Shown: one piece after another, positions 12,281 through 27,632 of the stretch
Layout of the letters: every line of letters begins with the position of its first letter
How positions within the stretch are numbered: position 1 is the stretch's first letter
Origin: the human T2T-CHM13v2.0 reference genome, Homo sapiens
Reading direction: 5' to 3' (one strand)
Assembly (NCBI RefSeq): GCF_009914755.1
Contig: NC_060936.1
DNA: 64,000 bases
The notes under the pieces: generated by a model
Told to the model about the DNA's origin: nothing
What the model saw: only the letters and a program-made list of their open reading frames with translations
Database searches by the model: none
Made by a program: the position numbers and the translations under genes

Positions 12281-14610
12281 ATTAAAACTAGTCCATATAT
12301 TATACTCCACTGAGATGAAACATCTCAAAAATAGGTTTCAAAGATTGGGGTGAATTTTAGGTAAGGCTTATAATAAAACATCTGACTAGGCATTGTAGTT
12401 AGCTTTTCTCTCACCCATCTCAGCAGGTTTGTGGAGAAAAAAGAATTTTGATGCTATTTTAAGGCAAAGGGAGGGAGAGTAACAGATATCCTGTGTAGCT
12501 CTGGGGAAGGCTGAAGTCAAGGTCAAGGGGTCTGTGAATATTGTGTTAGGAACAAGTAGAAAAGTGAGTTGGTGTAAGCACCCTAGCAAAAGTGAGAGTC
12601 AGTCCACTTCAAAGAAAAGCCAGGTTCTCTGATACGACATGCTTTGGGCATGTGTTTGTTCTGAATAACGGTTATTTTCTCACTGCAAAAAAAAAAAAAA
12701 CAACTTTTTTATATGTTTATGTAAATGTGTTTTAATAGTAGCTGATGGCTTTCCATGAAAAAATTTTGGATTATTAATTTTCTTGTTATACTACAGGATT
12801 ATTTGAGGCTCTAAAACTCATGCATTTTAATGGGTACAATACCACTTCTATGAAAGGAACTTTATCCCATTTACATCTCAAATCATAGTTAAAGTAAGAA
12901 CATATATGTTTGGTGTCTAAAGTTTCTCTTGTTCAGTGACAAAATTGTTTATATTTTAATATCTTAATGTCTCAAGATATTTAATATCTTGAGATAATCT
13001 CATATATTATAAAAATAAAAATCTCATATAGTATAAAAATAAAAATTAGCATCAAATATTCTCCCACTGTCTCTACAGGAAAAGTTGATTAGATTGTTGC
13101 TTAACATAGCTACTTTCGAAGAGAGTCGTGCAATGAACATAGGAGTTGCCTCTAACTTGCTCTCACTTCCTCTCATCGCTAATCCAATGGTCAAAGGAGA
13201 ATGTCTAACTTGCTTTGAAAACCAACATCTGAAATCTCTAAAACCCCTATTCCTATATTTAAATCTATTGCTGGATATTATTCCCTCTTGCTAATTCCAC
13301 TACTCTTTTTAGCTTTACCTATTACAATCACTTTTTCATGTTATAGTTATTCCCCAGATCTCATTTCAAAGGGTAACAAATGTTATGTTACTTTTATTGT
13401 CCCCACAGCTCCAACACTTCCCAAGACATTTCCAGCTCAAAGAAAACAGATACTCACAGTGTAGCTGTTCACAGAAAAGGAAGAATAGAAATGAATGTTA
13501 TTAACCTCTGTAGAACACAGTATGTCTCAGCTTTCACACTGGTAGTTCCTCCTGGGAAACTCAGCTGGCCTTTCAGAAACCCACCAGGTCTTCTGACAAA
13601 CCCATGTGCAGGCCAGATGTTATCTGTCTCTTGATGCTACAATATAAAACTATATTTTCCTTATAGACTAAGATCACCTATCATGACAATACCTTTTCAC
13701 GAAGAAAAATTAATTATTAAGTATAACTGCTTTATCTCTGGCTTCATAGGCATACTGTGTCTTTCAGGCTAACAGTATTCATAGGCATACTGTGTCTTTC
13801 AGGTTAACTTCTCACAAGAGGAGAGTAATCCTATTATTAGATAATTTTCTATTCCCGTTAATTGCATAATCACAGGTCCATACCGATAGAAACTAAGGAA
13901 TGTTTTGTGGGATGCTGATTCAAAAATGTCAACAGTTAATCAAAGCTACCTGTTACTATAATTGTATTGATTTTCTTTTCAACCTCAGAGACAAAGCTTC
14001 TCAAATCACTTGGACATCTGGTAAAGTTATCGTTGACATTCTCGGATTATAGGAATATATATTTCGCACAGCTAGAAAAGTCTTAATTGGGATGACTGGG
14101 ATAAAGTTGTGCTTATTTAGTCTTCAGCTTATTTGGTCTACTTTTCCTTGCTTGCCCAACTCAGCTGGTATTAGCAAGAGAACAAAGAGACCTACAGACC
14201 ATTTCAATGATACTGGGCATCCTGAGCAATTTGAAATGCATTTTTGTTAAGTCGCCTTGCTCCTCAAGTGTCTGAATATCTTTTGCAGGGTTTTTTGTTC
14301 TTTTTACCTTGATAAGGACCATACTGTGACAAAATTATGGCACGCAGTAATCAAAGCAAAACTACAGCTCACTTTCTTAATAATACCGGCAAGAAAAGAA
14401 ATACGATAAGCTATGTTTAGTGCAGAAAACAGGGCTAAAAATTAAGAGAATCAACATTTCAACTTGTGGTTGAGGATCATTACAAATAAATTTAAAAACA
14501 GAAAGTGTGAGACGAATATCACGAGTCAGTTTTATTTTGCTTTAACACCATAATAGCTGTTTTCGATATTTACTTAACCTTTGTCTCCTCTGTATTGTTT
14601 CCTGACTTAC

Positions 14611-14696
14611 CTGCAGTTGGAGTGGGCCTAAGCCTGGTGTTGCTGCGGCAGCAGCTGCCATGGTAGTTGGGATCAGCTGAACAGGGTAAGGGTCAC
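14611..14696 (-). CDS. SOX5: SOX5 internal coding exon (86 nt, phase 1 to phase 0; exon 8 by recalled numbering): (S)[28 protein letters not shown]
   Basis: Minus strand reads ctgac (branch-like)...ctctattattctcttacttag|GTGACCCT...CTGCAG|gtaagt. A+GT gives Ser across the junction with the upstream exon. It lies inside track ORF 14542..14727. Confidence 0.97.
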
Positions 14697-14984
14697 CTAA
14701 GTAAGAGAATAATAGAGGCGTCAGCACCTTTTATCTACTCTCCACCTGCAAATTAAACTCATGCATTCACTCTTTCCAAAAGCCTTCTTTTGTGTGCCTT
14801 GCTGAGGCCTAATGAAAAGCTCTATTGTGCAGCCTTTTACTAACACTCTTTTCACAATTCTGGCTGAGAGAGGAATGTGAATAAAAGGCACAAGCAATTA
14901 AGGCGGAAACCTCATCCTTTTTTCATGATGTATTTAGGAAAATGGGAGGGAAAGTGAGCATTGATCAGAGGGCTGCACTTGATA

Positions 14985-15015
14985 ACACACACGCGCGTGC
15001 ACACACACACACACA
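14985..15015. repeat. (CA)n microsatellite with CGCGCGTG core
   Basis: acacacacgcgcgtgcacacacacacacaca. Confidence 0.9.
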
Positions 15016-15704
15016 ATTTTAATATGAGCACAGTAACTCCTCAGCAAATTTACAGTATTATTATAAAAGGAACTTAACTTACTTTTATTTTAATGAATTA
15101 AACTCCAAAGATTTAAACAAAGTAGCTTATCTTTGAAATGCTATGTTACGGTCTTGATTCAAATAATCTTAATCTCTTAAATAATATGGACAAATTAACA
15201 ACGAAGAAAACATTTTATGTGTTTTTCAAGTTATATGAAATATTGACATCTTTATTATCCAGGGATAAATGTTTACAAAACTATATTGTAATGAAAATGG
15301 AAAATAGATCCCTTCCCCCCGACATTTTTTATCTATTAAAAAAGCACACTAATTCAAAATTAATCCTGAAGTTTTACTGTTATATGACCTGTAAAAATAT
15401 AGGCACACACAAAAACATACAGAGAAGCACATAGAGAAGGTTATTCTGCTTATTTTTTATGAAAATCAAGGGGGTTCTTAATTAGTAAAGAGGTACAATA
15501 GACCTGTTGCATAGGGCCCAATAAATTGCTAAGAAATATAAGTAATGTACATTATTTGTCATCTGACACATGACCATAGCAAATAACTAAAAATAATAGA
15601 ACAATTTTGTAATGCATAAAACATTTTGTAGAAATCTAATTTATAAAAAATGTGTTGAATATTGCACGCATGAAAAATATAACTTAAAATAACTCAGTTA
15701 ATAC

Positions 15705-17660
<1,956 letters not shown>

Positions 17661-17664
17661 CCCT

Positions 17665-18328
17665 CGCTTTTCAATGCAAGATTCAGATGAGGAGCATTAG
17701 CATCACCTGGAGTTTCTTGGAAATGCACATTTTTAGAACCCACCCTAAAGCTACTGTGCAGACAGCCCCTAAGATAGAACCTCCAATGACTCCCACTCCC
17801 TGGTATTTATGTCCCATGTAATCACCTCCCTTTCAGTGTGTCCTGGGTCTGGTAATTGCCTTCTAATGCACAGAATATGGCTAAAGTAATGCTATTTTAC
17901 ATTTGAGATTAAGTTACAAAAGTATTTTGGCTGCCTTGGTTGCCCACACCCTCTGTTGGAGCAAGCCGCTAGGTTGTGAGCTGCTCTGTGGAAAGACTCA
18001 TATAGCAAAAGACAGATGTTTTTGGCCAATAGCAAGCAAAGAAATGAGGCATGCCAACAGTTAATGAAGGGAGCTTGGAACAGATTCTACCCAGGCCAAG
18101 CCTAGAGATGACTGCAATCCAGGCCAATACCTGGACTACAGTGGGAAAGATCCGGAGCCAGAGGTACCCAGCATGGCTGTGTCCAAATAAATGTTTGTTG
18201 TCTTAAGGCACAACAGTTTTAGGCTAATTTATTGAAGTAGGAAACATGTGGCATCTGAATCAGAATTTAAATTTTAACAAGAGCCCCAGATTATTTGTAT
18301 GTGTATTAGAGTTTGAGAAGTGCTAGAA
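17665..18328. mobile_element. MER5A (hAT-Charlie) split by an MLT1 LTR
   Basis: agcatcacctggagtttcttggaaatgcacattt before 17755 and gaatcagaat...ttttaacaagagccccag...gtttgagaagtgc after 18245. Confidence 0.7.
17755..18245 (+). mobile_element. MLT1F-like MaLR solo LTR
   Basis: ccaatgactcccactccctggtatttatg...cttctaatgcacagaatatggc...aataaatgtttgttgtcttaag. Confidence 0.75.
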
Positions 18329-19634
18329 CAGACAACTACACTGAGGTGTTTTACAGTAGCTAGTGAAAGTTGTGTGATCAAGCAAACTTTATAAGAAGGT
18401 ACATATGTAGAAAAATTATACCATGCTCGTATGCTAATGAGAAAGATTCAGTAAATAGAGCAAAAACCTATGATACAGGAGAGAGAAGGGACAACCAATA
18501 TTACATAATGGTGCTTTATCATTTCATATTTTTAGTATTTAATCTTCCAAACACTATCCAATTTTATAATAGGACATTTAGATATTTAAAAGCTAAATTC
18601 ATGCAAACTAGTTAAAATTGTAAATACTATTATAGTATGACTATTAGAATTGACAATTTAAATGCTTAAAACTACTTAATTCATTTGTATTCTTAACTTA
18701 GGATACATAATCTTAAAATTAACAAAAGCAAAATTGTAGAGGCTGTGGTACTCTTCACAGTGAAAATTCATTTTTTATTATTTATTTTCCCTATTGTAAA
18801 TTAACCAATTCATAAGCACTATAACATTTATCATGAACAGAATTCTGCTAGCTGCTCTGTGAGACAAAACAAAACTTGGTCTGTATTTACTGCATTTCTA
18901 TCTTTTCTAATTAAGTGCTTATTTGAATAATGTTGACCATCATCAGTAGGTAGTATAGGAGGTAAGGGAGAACTAATCCAGGCTTCAATCTTAAGGGAAT
19001 AGTTACAGATGAAAATAAGAGTGAGCTTGGTCTTGAAAATGTGCAGATGGAGGGGAGGAGAGACCTTTCGGATAGGGTGAAATGCATCAAAGCAGGAGTA
19101 TGACATGCTAAAGGAATGTAGAGAAGAAACAGTTTAAATAACAGGTGATAGAATAAAGTAGAGGGAAAAGAGATTGAAGACAAGGAGTTGGGAAACTTTT
19201 AATACTCCAATCTTGAGATCTGGATATGAAAAGGCAATGGACAAGAAATGAAGTTTTAAGAAGCCTCATTAAAGAGCTTAAGTAGTAGGAAGTATTAAAG
19301 ATCACCTGGTTCTCCATCCTAGAGACAAAGACGTATTCCTAAATTTGTTTAACTCCTAAATTTAGCAAAACACCTGCAGATGTTTGGGACACTTTTGCAT
19401 TACTTGCATCTAATTATTAATATCAAATTTCATGTAAATTTAAAGCTCATTACTTATAATACAGATTATTCCATAAAATTTAAAAATATGCATATGTTAT
19501 AATCTTTTTATTTCCTAAATTAATGAATGTGTATTAATGAAATTAACTATCTTTCCTTTGGATATGCATATATATGTAAATAGCTGATATGTTTTACTAA
19601 TGCCATATTGTATGTGTATAAATGTATATATACA

Positions 19635-22142
19635 CAGGAATACCTTGGAGATATTGTAAGTTTGAATCCAACTACCACAATAAAGCAAGTAGCACAATAA
19701 AGCAAGTTATGCACACTTTTTTGTTTCACAGTACATATAAGTCGTGTTTAGACAAAACTATAGTCTATTAAGTGTGCAATAGAATTATGTCTAAAACATA
19801 TACATACCTTAATAAAAAAATACTTTATTGCTAAAAAATGCTATCATCTGAGCCTTCAGTGAGTTGTAATCTTTTTGCTGCTTAAAGGTCTTGCCTTGAT
19901 GTTGATGGCTGCTGACTGATCAGGATGGTGGCTGTTGAAGGTTAGGGTAGCTAACCTTCCTTTTCTTTTCTCTTATTTACTTATTTATTTTGAGACAGGG
20001 TCTGGCTATGTCGCCCAGGGTGGAGTGCAGTGGCGCAAACATTACTCACTGCATCCTTGACCTCCTGGTCTCAGGCAATCCTCTCACCTCAGTCTCTTGG
20101 GTAGCTGGGACCACATGCCCACACCACTCCAACCAGCTAATTTTTTGTAAAGGCAAGGTTTTTTAATATTGACCAGGCTGGACTTGAACTCCTGGGCTCA
20201 AGCAATCCACCTGCCTTGGCCTCCCAAAGTGCTGGGATTATGGGCATGAGCCACCGCGCCTGGTGGGAATTTCTTCAAATAAGACAACAATGAAGTTTGC
20301 AGCATTGATTGACTCTTCCTTTCACAAAAGATCTCTCTGTAGCATGTGATGCTAATTGATAGCAGTTATCTACAGCAGAACTTCTTTCAGCTTTGAAGTT
20401 CCATCAAACCCTGCCACTGCTTCATCAACTAAGTTTATTTAATGTTCTCAATCCTTTGTTGTCATTTCAATAATGCTCACATAATCTTCATCAGAAGTAG
20501 AATTAATTTCAAGAAACCATTTTCTTTGCTCATTCATAAGAAGAAACTCCTCATCCATTCAAGTTTTATCATGAGATGGCAGCAATTTAGTCACATCTTC
20601 AAGCTCCATTTCTAATTCTAGTTCTACTGCTATTTCCACCACATCTGCAATTATTTCCTCTACTGATGTCTTGAACCCCTCAAAGTCATCCAAGGGGGGT
20701 AAAATCAAATTCTTTCAAAATCCTGTTAATGTTGGTATTTTGACCTCCTCCCTCCCATCAATCATTAATGTTCTTAATAGCATTTATAATTGTAAATCTT
20801 TTCTAGAAGGTTTTCAATAATTACTTTCTTTCCAGATCCATCAGAGGAATCACTGTGGCAGTGACAGGTTATGAAATGTATTTCTAAAATAATAGGGCTT
20901 GAAAGTCAAAATTACTCCTTGACTCGTTGGCTGTAGAACAAATGTTGTGTTAGCAGGCATGAAAACAACATCCATCTCCTTGTACACCACCATCAGAGTT
21001 CTTGGGTGACTGGGTGCAACTGTCAATGAGCAGTAATGTTTTGAAAGAAATCTTTTTTCTGAGCTGTGGGTCTCACTAGTGGGCTTAAAATATTCAGTAA
21101 ATCACGCTGTCAATAGATGTGCTGTCATCCAGGCTTTTGCTGTTCCATTTATAGAGCACAGGCAAGGTAGATTTAGCTTAATTCTTAAAAAAACTAAGAT
21201 TTTCAAAATAGTAAATGAGCTTTGGCTTCAACTTAATTCACCAGCTGCAGTAGCTCCTAAGAGTCAGCTTGTCCTTTGAAGCCAGACATTGACTTGACTT
21301 GTCCTCTCTAGCTATGAAAGTTCTGGATGGCATCTTCTTCCAGTAAAAGGCTGTTTTATCTACACTGAAAATCTGTTGGTTAGTGTAGCCACTTTTGCAT
21401 CAATGACCTTAGACAAATCTTCTAGATAACTTGCTGCAGCTTCTACATCAGCACTTGCTGTTTCATCTTGCACTTTTATGTAGGTAGATGGCTTCCTGAA
21501 CCAACCTCCCCAACACCAAACTTTTCTTCTGCAGCTTTCTCATCTCTCTCAGCCTTCGTAGAATTGAAGAGAGTTATAGGTCCTTCCTCTGGATTAGGCT
21601 TTGGCTTAAGGGAATGTTGTGGCTGGTTTGATCTTCTATTTCAACTACTCAAACTTCCTGCAACTCAACAATAAGGCTGTTTCACTTTCTTATTATTTGT
21701 GTGTTCACTGGCATAGCACTTTTAATTTCCTTCCAGAACTTTTCCTTTGCATTCGCAACTTGTCTGTCTCGTGCAAGAGGCCTAGCTTTTAGCCTGCCCC
21801 ATCTTTTGACACACCTTCTTCATCAAGCTCAATCATTTCTAGCTCACATTTTTTAAGTTTCCCATCTTATGTGGGTGCAGTTTATGGCATCCCAAAACAA
21901 TTATAACTATAATACCAAAGATCATTGATCACAGATCACCATAACATATAATAATAATCAAGTTTGAAATATTGAAAAAATTATCAAAATATGACAAAGA
22001 GACATGAAGTGAGCACATGCTGTTGGAAAAATGGTGCTGACAGACTTGCTCTATGCAGAATTGCTATAAACCTTCAATTTGTAAAAAATGCAATCTGCGT
22101 GAAACACACTAAAGCAAAACACAGTAAAATGAGGTATTCCTT
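19635..22142 (-). mobile_element. Tigger1 DNA transposon, near full length, degenerate transposase, with an inserted AluJ
   Basis: Both TIR regions present (caggaataccttggagatatt... and ...aaaatgaggtattcctt|ta). Internal sequence follows the reverse Tigger1 consensus. About 2.2 kb without the Alu; no intact ORF. Confidence 0.9.
19958..20264 (-). mobile_element. AluJ (Jo/Jb) inserted in Tigger1
   Basis: ttttgagacagggtct...gaactcctgggctcaagcaatcc...gagccaccgcgcctgg. Confidence 0.9.
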
Positions 22143-22180
22143 TATGTGAAAGTTTATATAAGCTAAATACTTTTTATATG

Positions 22181-22578
22181 TGTCATGGATTGAATTATGT
22201 CTGTCTACAAATTGATATGTTCAAGTTGTTACTACTAATACTCCAGAATGTGACTATATTTAAAAATAGAGCCTTTAAAGAGCTAATTTAAGATAAAATT
22301 AAGTCATATGCATGGTGACTTAACCAAATATGTCTGGTGTTCTTATAAGCAGAACAGATTAGGACACAAACAAAATAGAGTCTGTCTGGTATGACCAGGT
22401 GTGAACACAGAGAGAAGGTGGTCATCTACAGGCTGCAAAGAGTGGTATCAGAAGAAACAACCTGCTGACACTCTGATCTCAGCTATACAGCATACAGAGC
22501 TGTGAAAAAATAAGTTTCTGTTGTGCAAGCCACTCAGTCTATGCTATTTTGTTATAGCAGCCATAACAAACTCATGCA
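22181..22578 (+). mobile_element. MLT1A/MLT1B-like MaLR solo LTR
   Basis: tgtcatggattgaattatgtc...cagaatgtgactatattt...tgctattttgttatagcagccataacaaact. Confidence 0.8.
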
Positions 22579-25500
22579 ATATGTTTGCCATATACAGCCA
22601 TATGTCAATATATTTGGTGTCTAAGTGAATTGGGGAAAAGAAAAGACTGGCAGCAGGAATTTAAAAGACTACTACAGTTATTATATATCTTTAATCATAT
22701 ATAGTTTCAAATATACAAATATATCCAATATGTCGACTAATTAATTTCAAAAGGATTGTGTCTAATAGCGCTACGCTATTTCAATGATATTCACCCAACA
22801 CATAAACACAATTAACTTAAAGCATGTCTCTACCTTGTTACCATTTTTTCAAGCCAAGATTACTTTGGTTGAAGTATGCTCCTGGTTACAACAAAGTGAA
22901 TACAAATAAAATACCTGTGAAAATTTCCAATGCAGCCATTTAACTCTCAATTTAAAAAATTCAAAATATATTACATGGATGTGTCAGTGTTCTACAGTGG
23001 ACACAGAATCTACAAAGCTTCACAAACAAGGTCAGGGGTCATTTTTAATGGCAAAGGAAAAATACAGAAGCTGCTGTAAGAAAAAAAAAAGAGTTTTTAT
23101 TGAAGTAAATACTGTCATCTATTTGCGCCATTCCTCAATTAACTGTACTAAAAAACATTACAACAGATTTATTTTGTAAATACCTCATGAGATTCATACT
23201 TAGTAAAAAAATCAGATAATGGAAAACTTTGACTTTTAAAGTTCAACCATGTGTAAGTTATTCAAGTTGACTTTCAACTAGTTAAAAGTAATTTCTTCTA
23301 CTCTTCCCTAGGTTTTAACCATTTGAAAAATTTTTCCCTAAGCCTTTCCAACATTAATTTGCTTCTTATTTCAAGACCAAGCATGGAAATTCTAGCTCAA
23401 AACTAAAATTTTTCAAAAAGCTAAAAAGTATACTGAGGCATGTTATTCTATTGCTTTCAGAATACAACATAGCTTACAGTGTCTACTGACACAAATGATA
23501 CGGCTTATATTAACTCTTTAAAAGCATTCAATTGCATCATTATTATAGTTGTGCATATTTAGATATTAATTATCTCCAGTCATACTATGAAGAATTCATC
23601 TCTATACTGTATAACACAGCCTAAGAAAAACAATTTTTCCAACAAGATTATTTAGGATGAAGGAAAATGTGAAATGCAGATGTGGTTTTAACAAGACTCA
23701 ACAATACACACTCTTTCATCTACTGAACTAATGCAAAAGTTTTGGACAGTTTTATGGCATTATCTTCACTGAAATGTGGAGACTCATTCCTTTATTGGCC
23801 TTACATGTTTTTTTGTTTGTTTTTGTTTTGCCTCCTTGACAAATACCAGCTTGCCTTCTGTAGGTGCTGGGAAATATGAAAATCAACCCCTCTCTGACAT
23901 ACACACATACAATCCCTGTCCCAGTCTTAATCAAGTGAGGAGGATTCACCATGTAAACTAATCCAAATATACAATAAGCAAAGTAGAAGAGTGTAAAAGT
24001 TATTCTGGAAACCTGAAAGAAAGAACTCAACCTGAAAGAGACTCGATAGTCAAGGAATTGTATTTACTGAGGTGTCTCTTAAAAGATGGCCACTATCAAT
24101 ACCAAATTATACTTCGGGACCATTTTACCACCTCCTTCCCATGTATTATAAATGTTACAGGGTCAACAGTAAGCATGCACCTTTCAGTGCAACGAGCATT
24201 GCTCCTATTAAAAACCTTCTCAGATTGGTACTGAGTTCTCACCCTGTTCTTACCACTCTCATTTCCAGGTAGAGGAGGCCTTGTAGAATTCTAAGACAAA
24301 ATGAAGTTAGTAAGGACACTGTAGATGGAACTTTGGAAGAAAACTGCTTTCTTTCATCTCATGTTGCTTTCTTTCATGTCATGGGCTGATAGAGAAATTG
24401 GTGGGTGCCTTCAAGCTTGGGGGAGCCCCCTGCCATTTATAGGGCTAATAAGAACAACTATATTTATGCCTACATCCAGGGATAGTTTCATTACCCCCAG
24501 TGTTTCTGATGCAGAAACGGAATGAATGGGGAACTATTCAGCTAAAGAAGCAAGTAGAGCTCATATCTTGAAGAGCCTTATGTTTTCCTTTGAAGACAAC
24601 GTTAAGTCACTGAAAGGTTTTAAGCAGGAAAATAATATTTTTTGTTAGTATTTGTGTTCCAGATATATCAGTTTTGTGGCAAGGCATAGAACGATTGGAA
24701 GAAGGAGAGACTGCAGATAGATATGTTAAAAACTATTGCAAATAAATCAATGAAGGAGAGCAGAGAATAGCTTTGGGAGACAGACTTGATAACTGATTTG
24801 ATGAAGTAAAAGAAAAAAGAAAATATGTGAGAATTTTTTTTCAGTGTTTGAAGTTTTATTTTGGTATATGATTTAAGAAATATTGTTTCCCCAAATATTT
24901 AATTATTCCCTCATCGTTTTTGAATAATTACTTGTTCTCCCACTGATTTGAAATGTGGGAAGCTATTATTTGTTGACTTTTGGCACTGTGTTGAAATATC
25001 TTACATATACATATACACATATATACATATATACATATATGTAAATGTATAAAATTGCTTTTAATCTTCACAACAACTCTTTAGGGTAGAAATTATTATT
25101 CCCATTCTACACAATTTTTTAAACTGGCCAGGATTATCCCACGGTTAATCATTACTAGAGTTCTTACTATTTTAATAAGGAAAACATTATTGCAGAACAC
25201 ACAGACTACTTTTAAAGCATTATGCAAATGTATACTTCAATTTTCATAACATATTCAACTAATTTCCATTCAATTAACATGTATCAAACTCTTACTATGT
25301 GGAGAACACAAAGCACTAAAAGGTACAATCCTTGCCTTCAAAACACTTTCAGTTATGAAAATAAGACATATAAATATGGAAAGTGAAATGAATCAAAACT
25401 ATACAATTGGAGTCAAATGAATATAGGCAGTAATTACCAGAGAAAAGGATTTATACAAGTTGGATCACTGGGGAAAGAATCAGAGGAGGGGCTGAGATTG

Positions 25501-26780
25501 AGTTAGGCCTTGAATATAAAATACGAAGTAGAAAAGATGCGAGAAGCCTATGAGCTGAAATGCCTGGCATAGAGTAGATGCTCAATTAAAAAAATGAGCC
25601 CCAAAGTAGGAGGTACAACAGGATCAAAGAAATGAGCAAGCAAAATTCAAGATCTAGCCTGTAGTTGAACCCATTTCATCTAGTAGCAAAAATTATTTAG
25701 AAGGCTGATTATGGTCTATCGATGACCTCAAATACCAACATAAGCAATTTGTACATAATTATGTCTTTAAATATATGCACAATTACCTCCTATCCTAAAA
25801 AAAATGAACTATCTAGAATATAAAACCCCTTCTGAAACCATCATCTATTTTCTCTCATCTAAATTGTTAAAAACTAGTGATAATCTTAAATCCTTCTCCT
25901 ACTCTTTAGTTCTCAATCCATATATTTTTGGGGAAATGCTTTATAAATTTACTAATGACCTCTGAATTGCCAAATTTTAATGAACATATATCTGCAACAG
26001 CTGCCTCTGTTAATGATTTTCTTCTTCTCTAATTATATCTATACATTCTCTTGGCTTTTCTTAAAACAGCTGTCCTGGTTCTCCTTATATCTTGTTCATG
26101 CCAACTTTATTATCTGTTTCTGCAATAGGCTGTTCCACCTTCCTTCATCCATCCCTTCCTTAAATATTGGTATTCCTTGGCGTCTAATCCTTGGCACTTG
26201 GTTCTTCTCCTTCTATTCACTTTATCTGAATGATCTTATCCAATCTCATGGTTCAGCAACCATATACAAACTAATATTTTCCAAATCAGTGACTGTAGCC
26301 TAGACCTCTTCTACTGTTTTTTTTTTTTTTTGAGCAATTCTCCCTAGCTGTCCCACAATAAGCTCCACCTTCACATGTACAAAATGTAATTTATCTTCTT
26401 TCTTCCAAAAGCTGCTTCTACTCCTGGTGTTCTTATAACACTTAGTGACACTCAGTCACCCAGACTACAAATATGAAAGTAACCTTGATTTCTCCATCCC
26501 TTTCACCCTCCACGGCCAATAAATCATGAAGATCTTTTCCTTTAAACTCCTAGGTCTACATGTCTTTCTATTATAAGAGCTTCTCAATCAGTCTCCCAGG
26601 CTCTAGTCCTCTGCTAACGAAATTCGTTCTCTCTCTAGTTTCCAGTAGCATTCAATACAGGCAATCTGTAGTATTCATTCCTTGTATTTGAAGTATAGTA
26701 AGTATTTATTAATTATATACTATGTTTTAGGGGCTGAAAATGTAACAGGGAACAAGAGAAGCATGCTTTGATGTGGATAT

Positions 26781-26889
26781 ATGGATGGATGAATGAATAT
26801 GGATGGATGGATGGATGAATGTACAGATAGATGGATGGATGGATGGATGGATGGATGGATGGATGGATGGATGGATGGGTGGATGGATG
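26781..26889. repeat. (GGAT)n tetranucleotide repeat
   Basis: Direct reading. It is the source of the HPSI/WMDG pseudo-ORFs. Confidence 0.95.
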
Positions 26890-27310
26890 CCAGTATGATC
26901 TCAATCCTAGGCTTCAGACCTTTCGTGGTTTTCTGGCTCCTGCAGCATATGTCTAAACATATTTCCCTGAATTGGTCTCATGTCCTCAAAGTACTACTCA
27001 CTTGTCACTTCCTACCATATACATTATTCTTAACACTTAGCTGTTTATAGGTCCATGTCCACCCTATTTTATCTCTTGCTTTCTGGTCTTTAGGCTTTTT
27101 TTTTCTGCTTGGAATAGTCTGTCTGTATCCCTTCAGCCCAATCACTTCTTCGATTGTATAGCTGCCTTTATCCTTTAGGTTGACTTGAGACCCCTCACAC
27201 TAAGAATCCTTTCCTGATACTTCAACACTCTTGGATTTAAAGTAATTCCTTTTCCAAAGACTTATCTTAAAATATGATGCATATCTGTATATTACCACTG
27301 CTTATATCCT

Positions 27311-27632
27311 TATTCTGTCTGTTCGGGCTGATACAACAAAATACCATGAACTGGGTGGCTTATAAAGAACAAACATTTGTTTCTCACAGTTCTGGAGGCC
27401 GGGAAGCCCAAAATAAGGGCACCAGCAAATTCTGGGCCTGATGAAGGCCCATTTTTTGATGAATAAATGGTGCATTCTTTCTGTGTCCTCACACTGTAGA
27501 AGGAGCAAGGCAGCTCTCTGGGGCCACTCTTATAAGGACTTTGCCCTCATGACCTAATCACCTCCTATTAACTTGAAGGTGAGGATTTCAGCATATGAAT
27601 TTTGGGGGAAAATAAACATTCAGACCATAGCA
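27311..27632 (-). mobile_element. MLT1A0-like MaLR solo LTR
   Basis: gggctgatacaacaaaataccatgaactgggtggcttataaa...ttctcacagttctggaggc...aacattcagaccatagca. Confidence 0.85.

Noticed and set aside
1-14610. Search for a homologue of the SOX6 alternative exon that follows LQLQ
   Set aside because: I found no in-frame cassette resembling it. The candidates at 5945-6159 are unrelated and frameshifting.
26713-27050. HPSI/WMDG repeat ORFs
   Set aside because: Translations of the (GGAT)n microsatellite.
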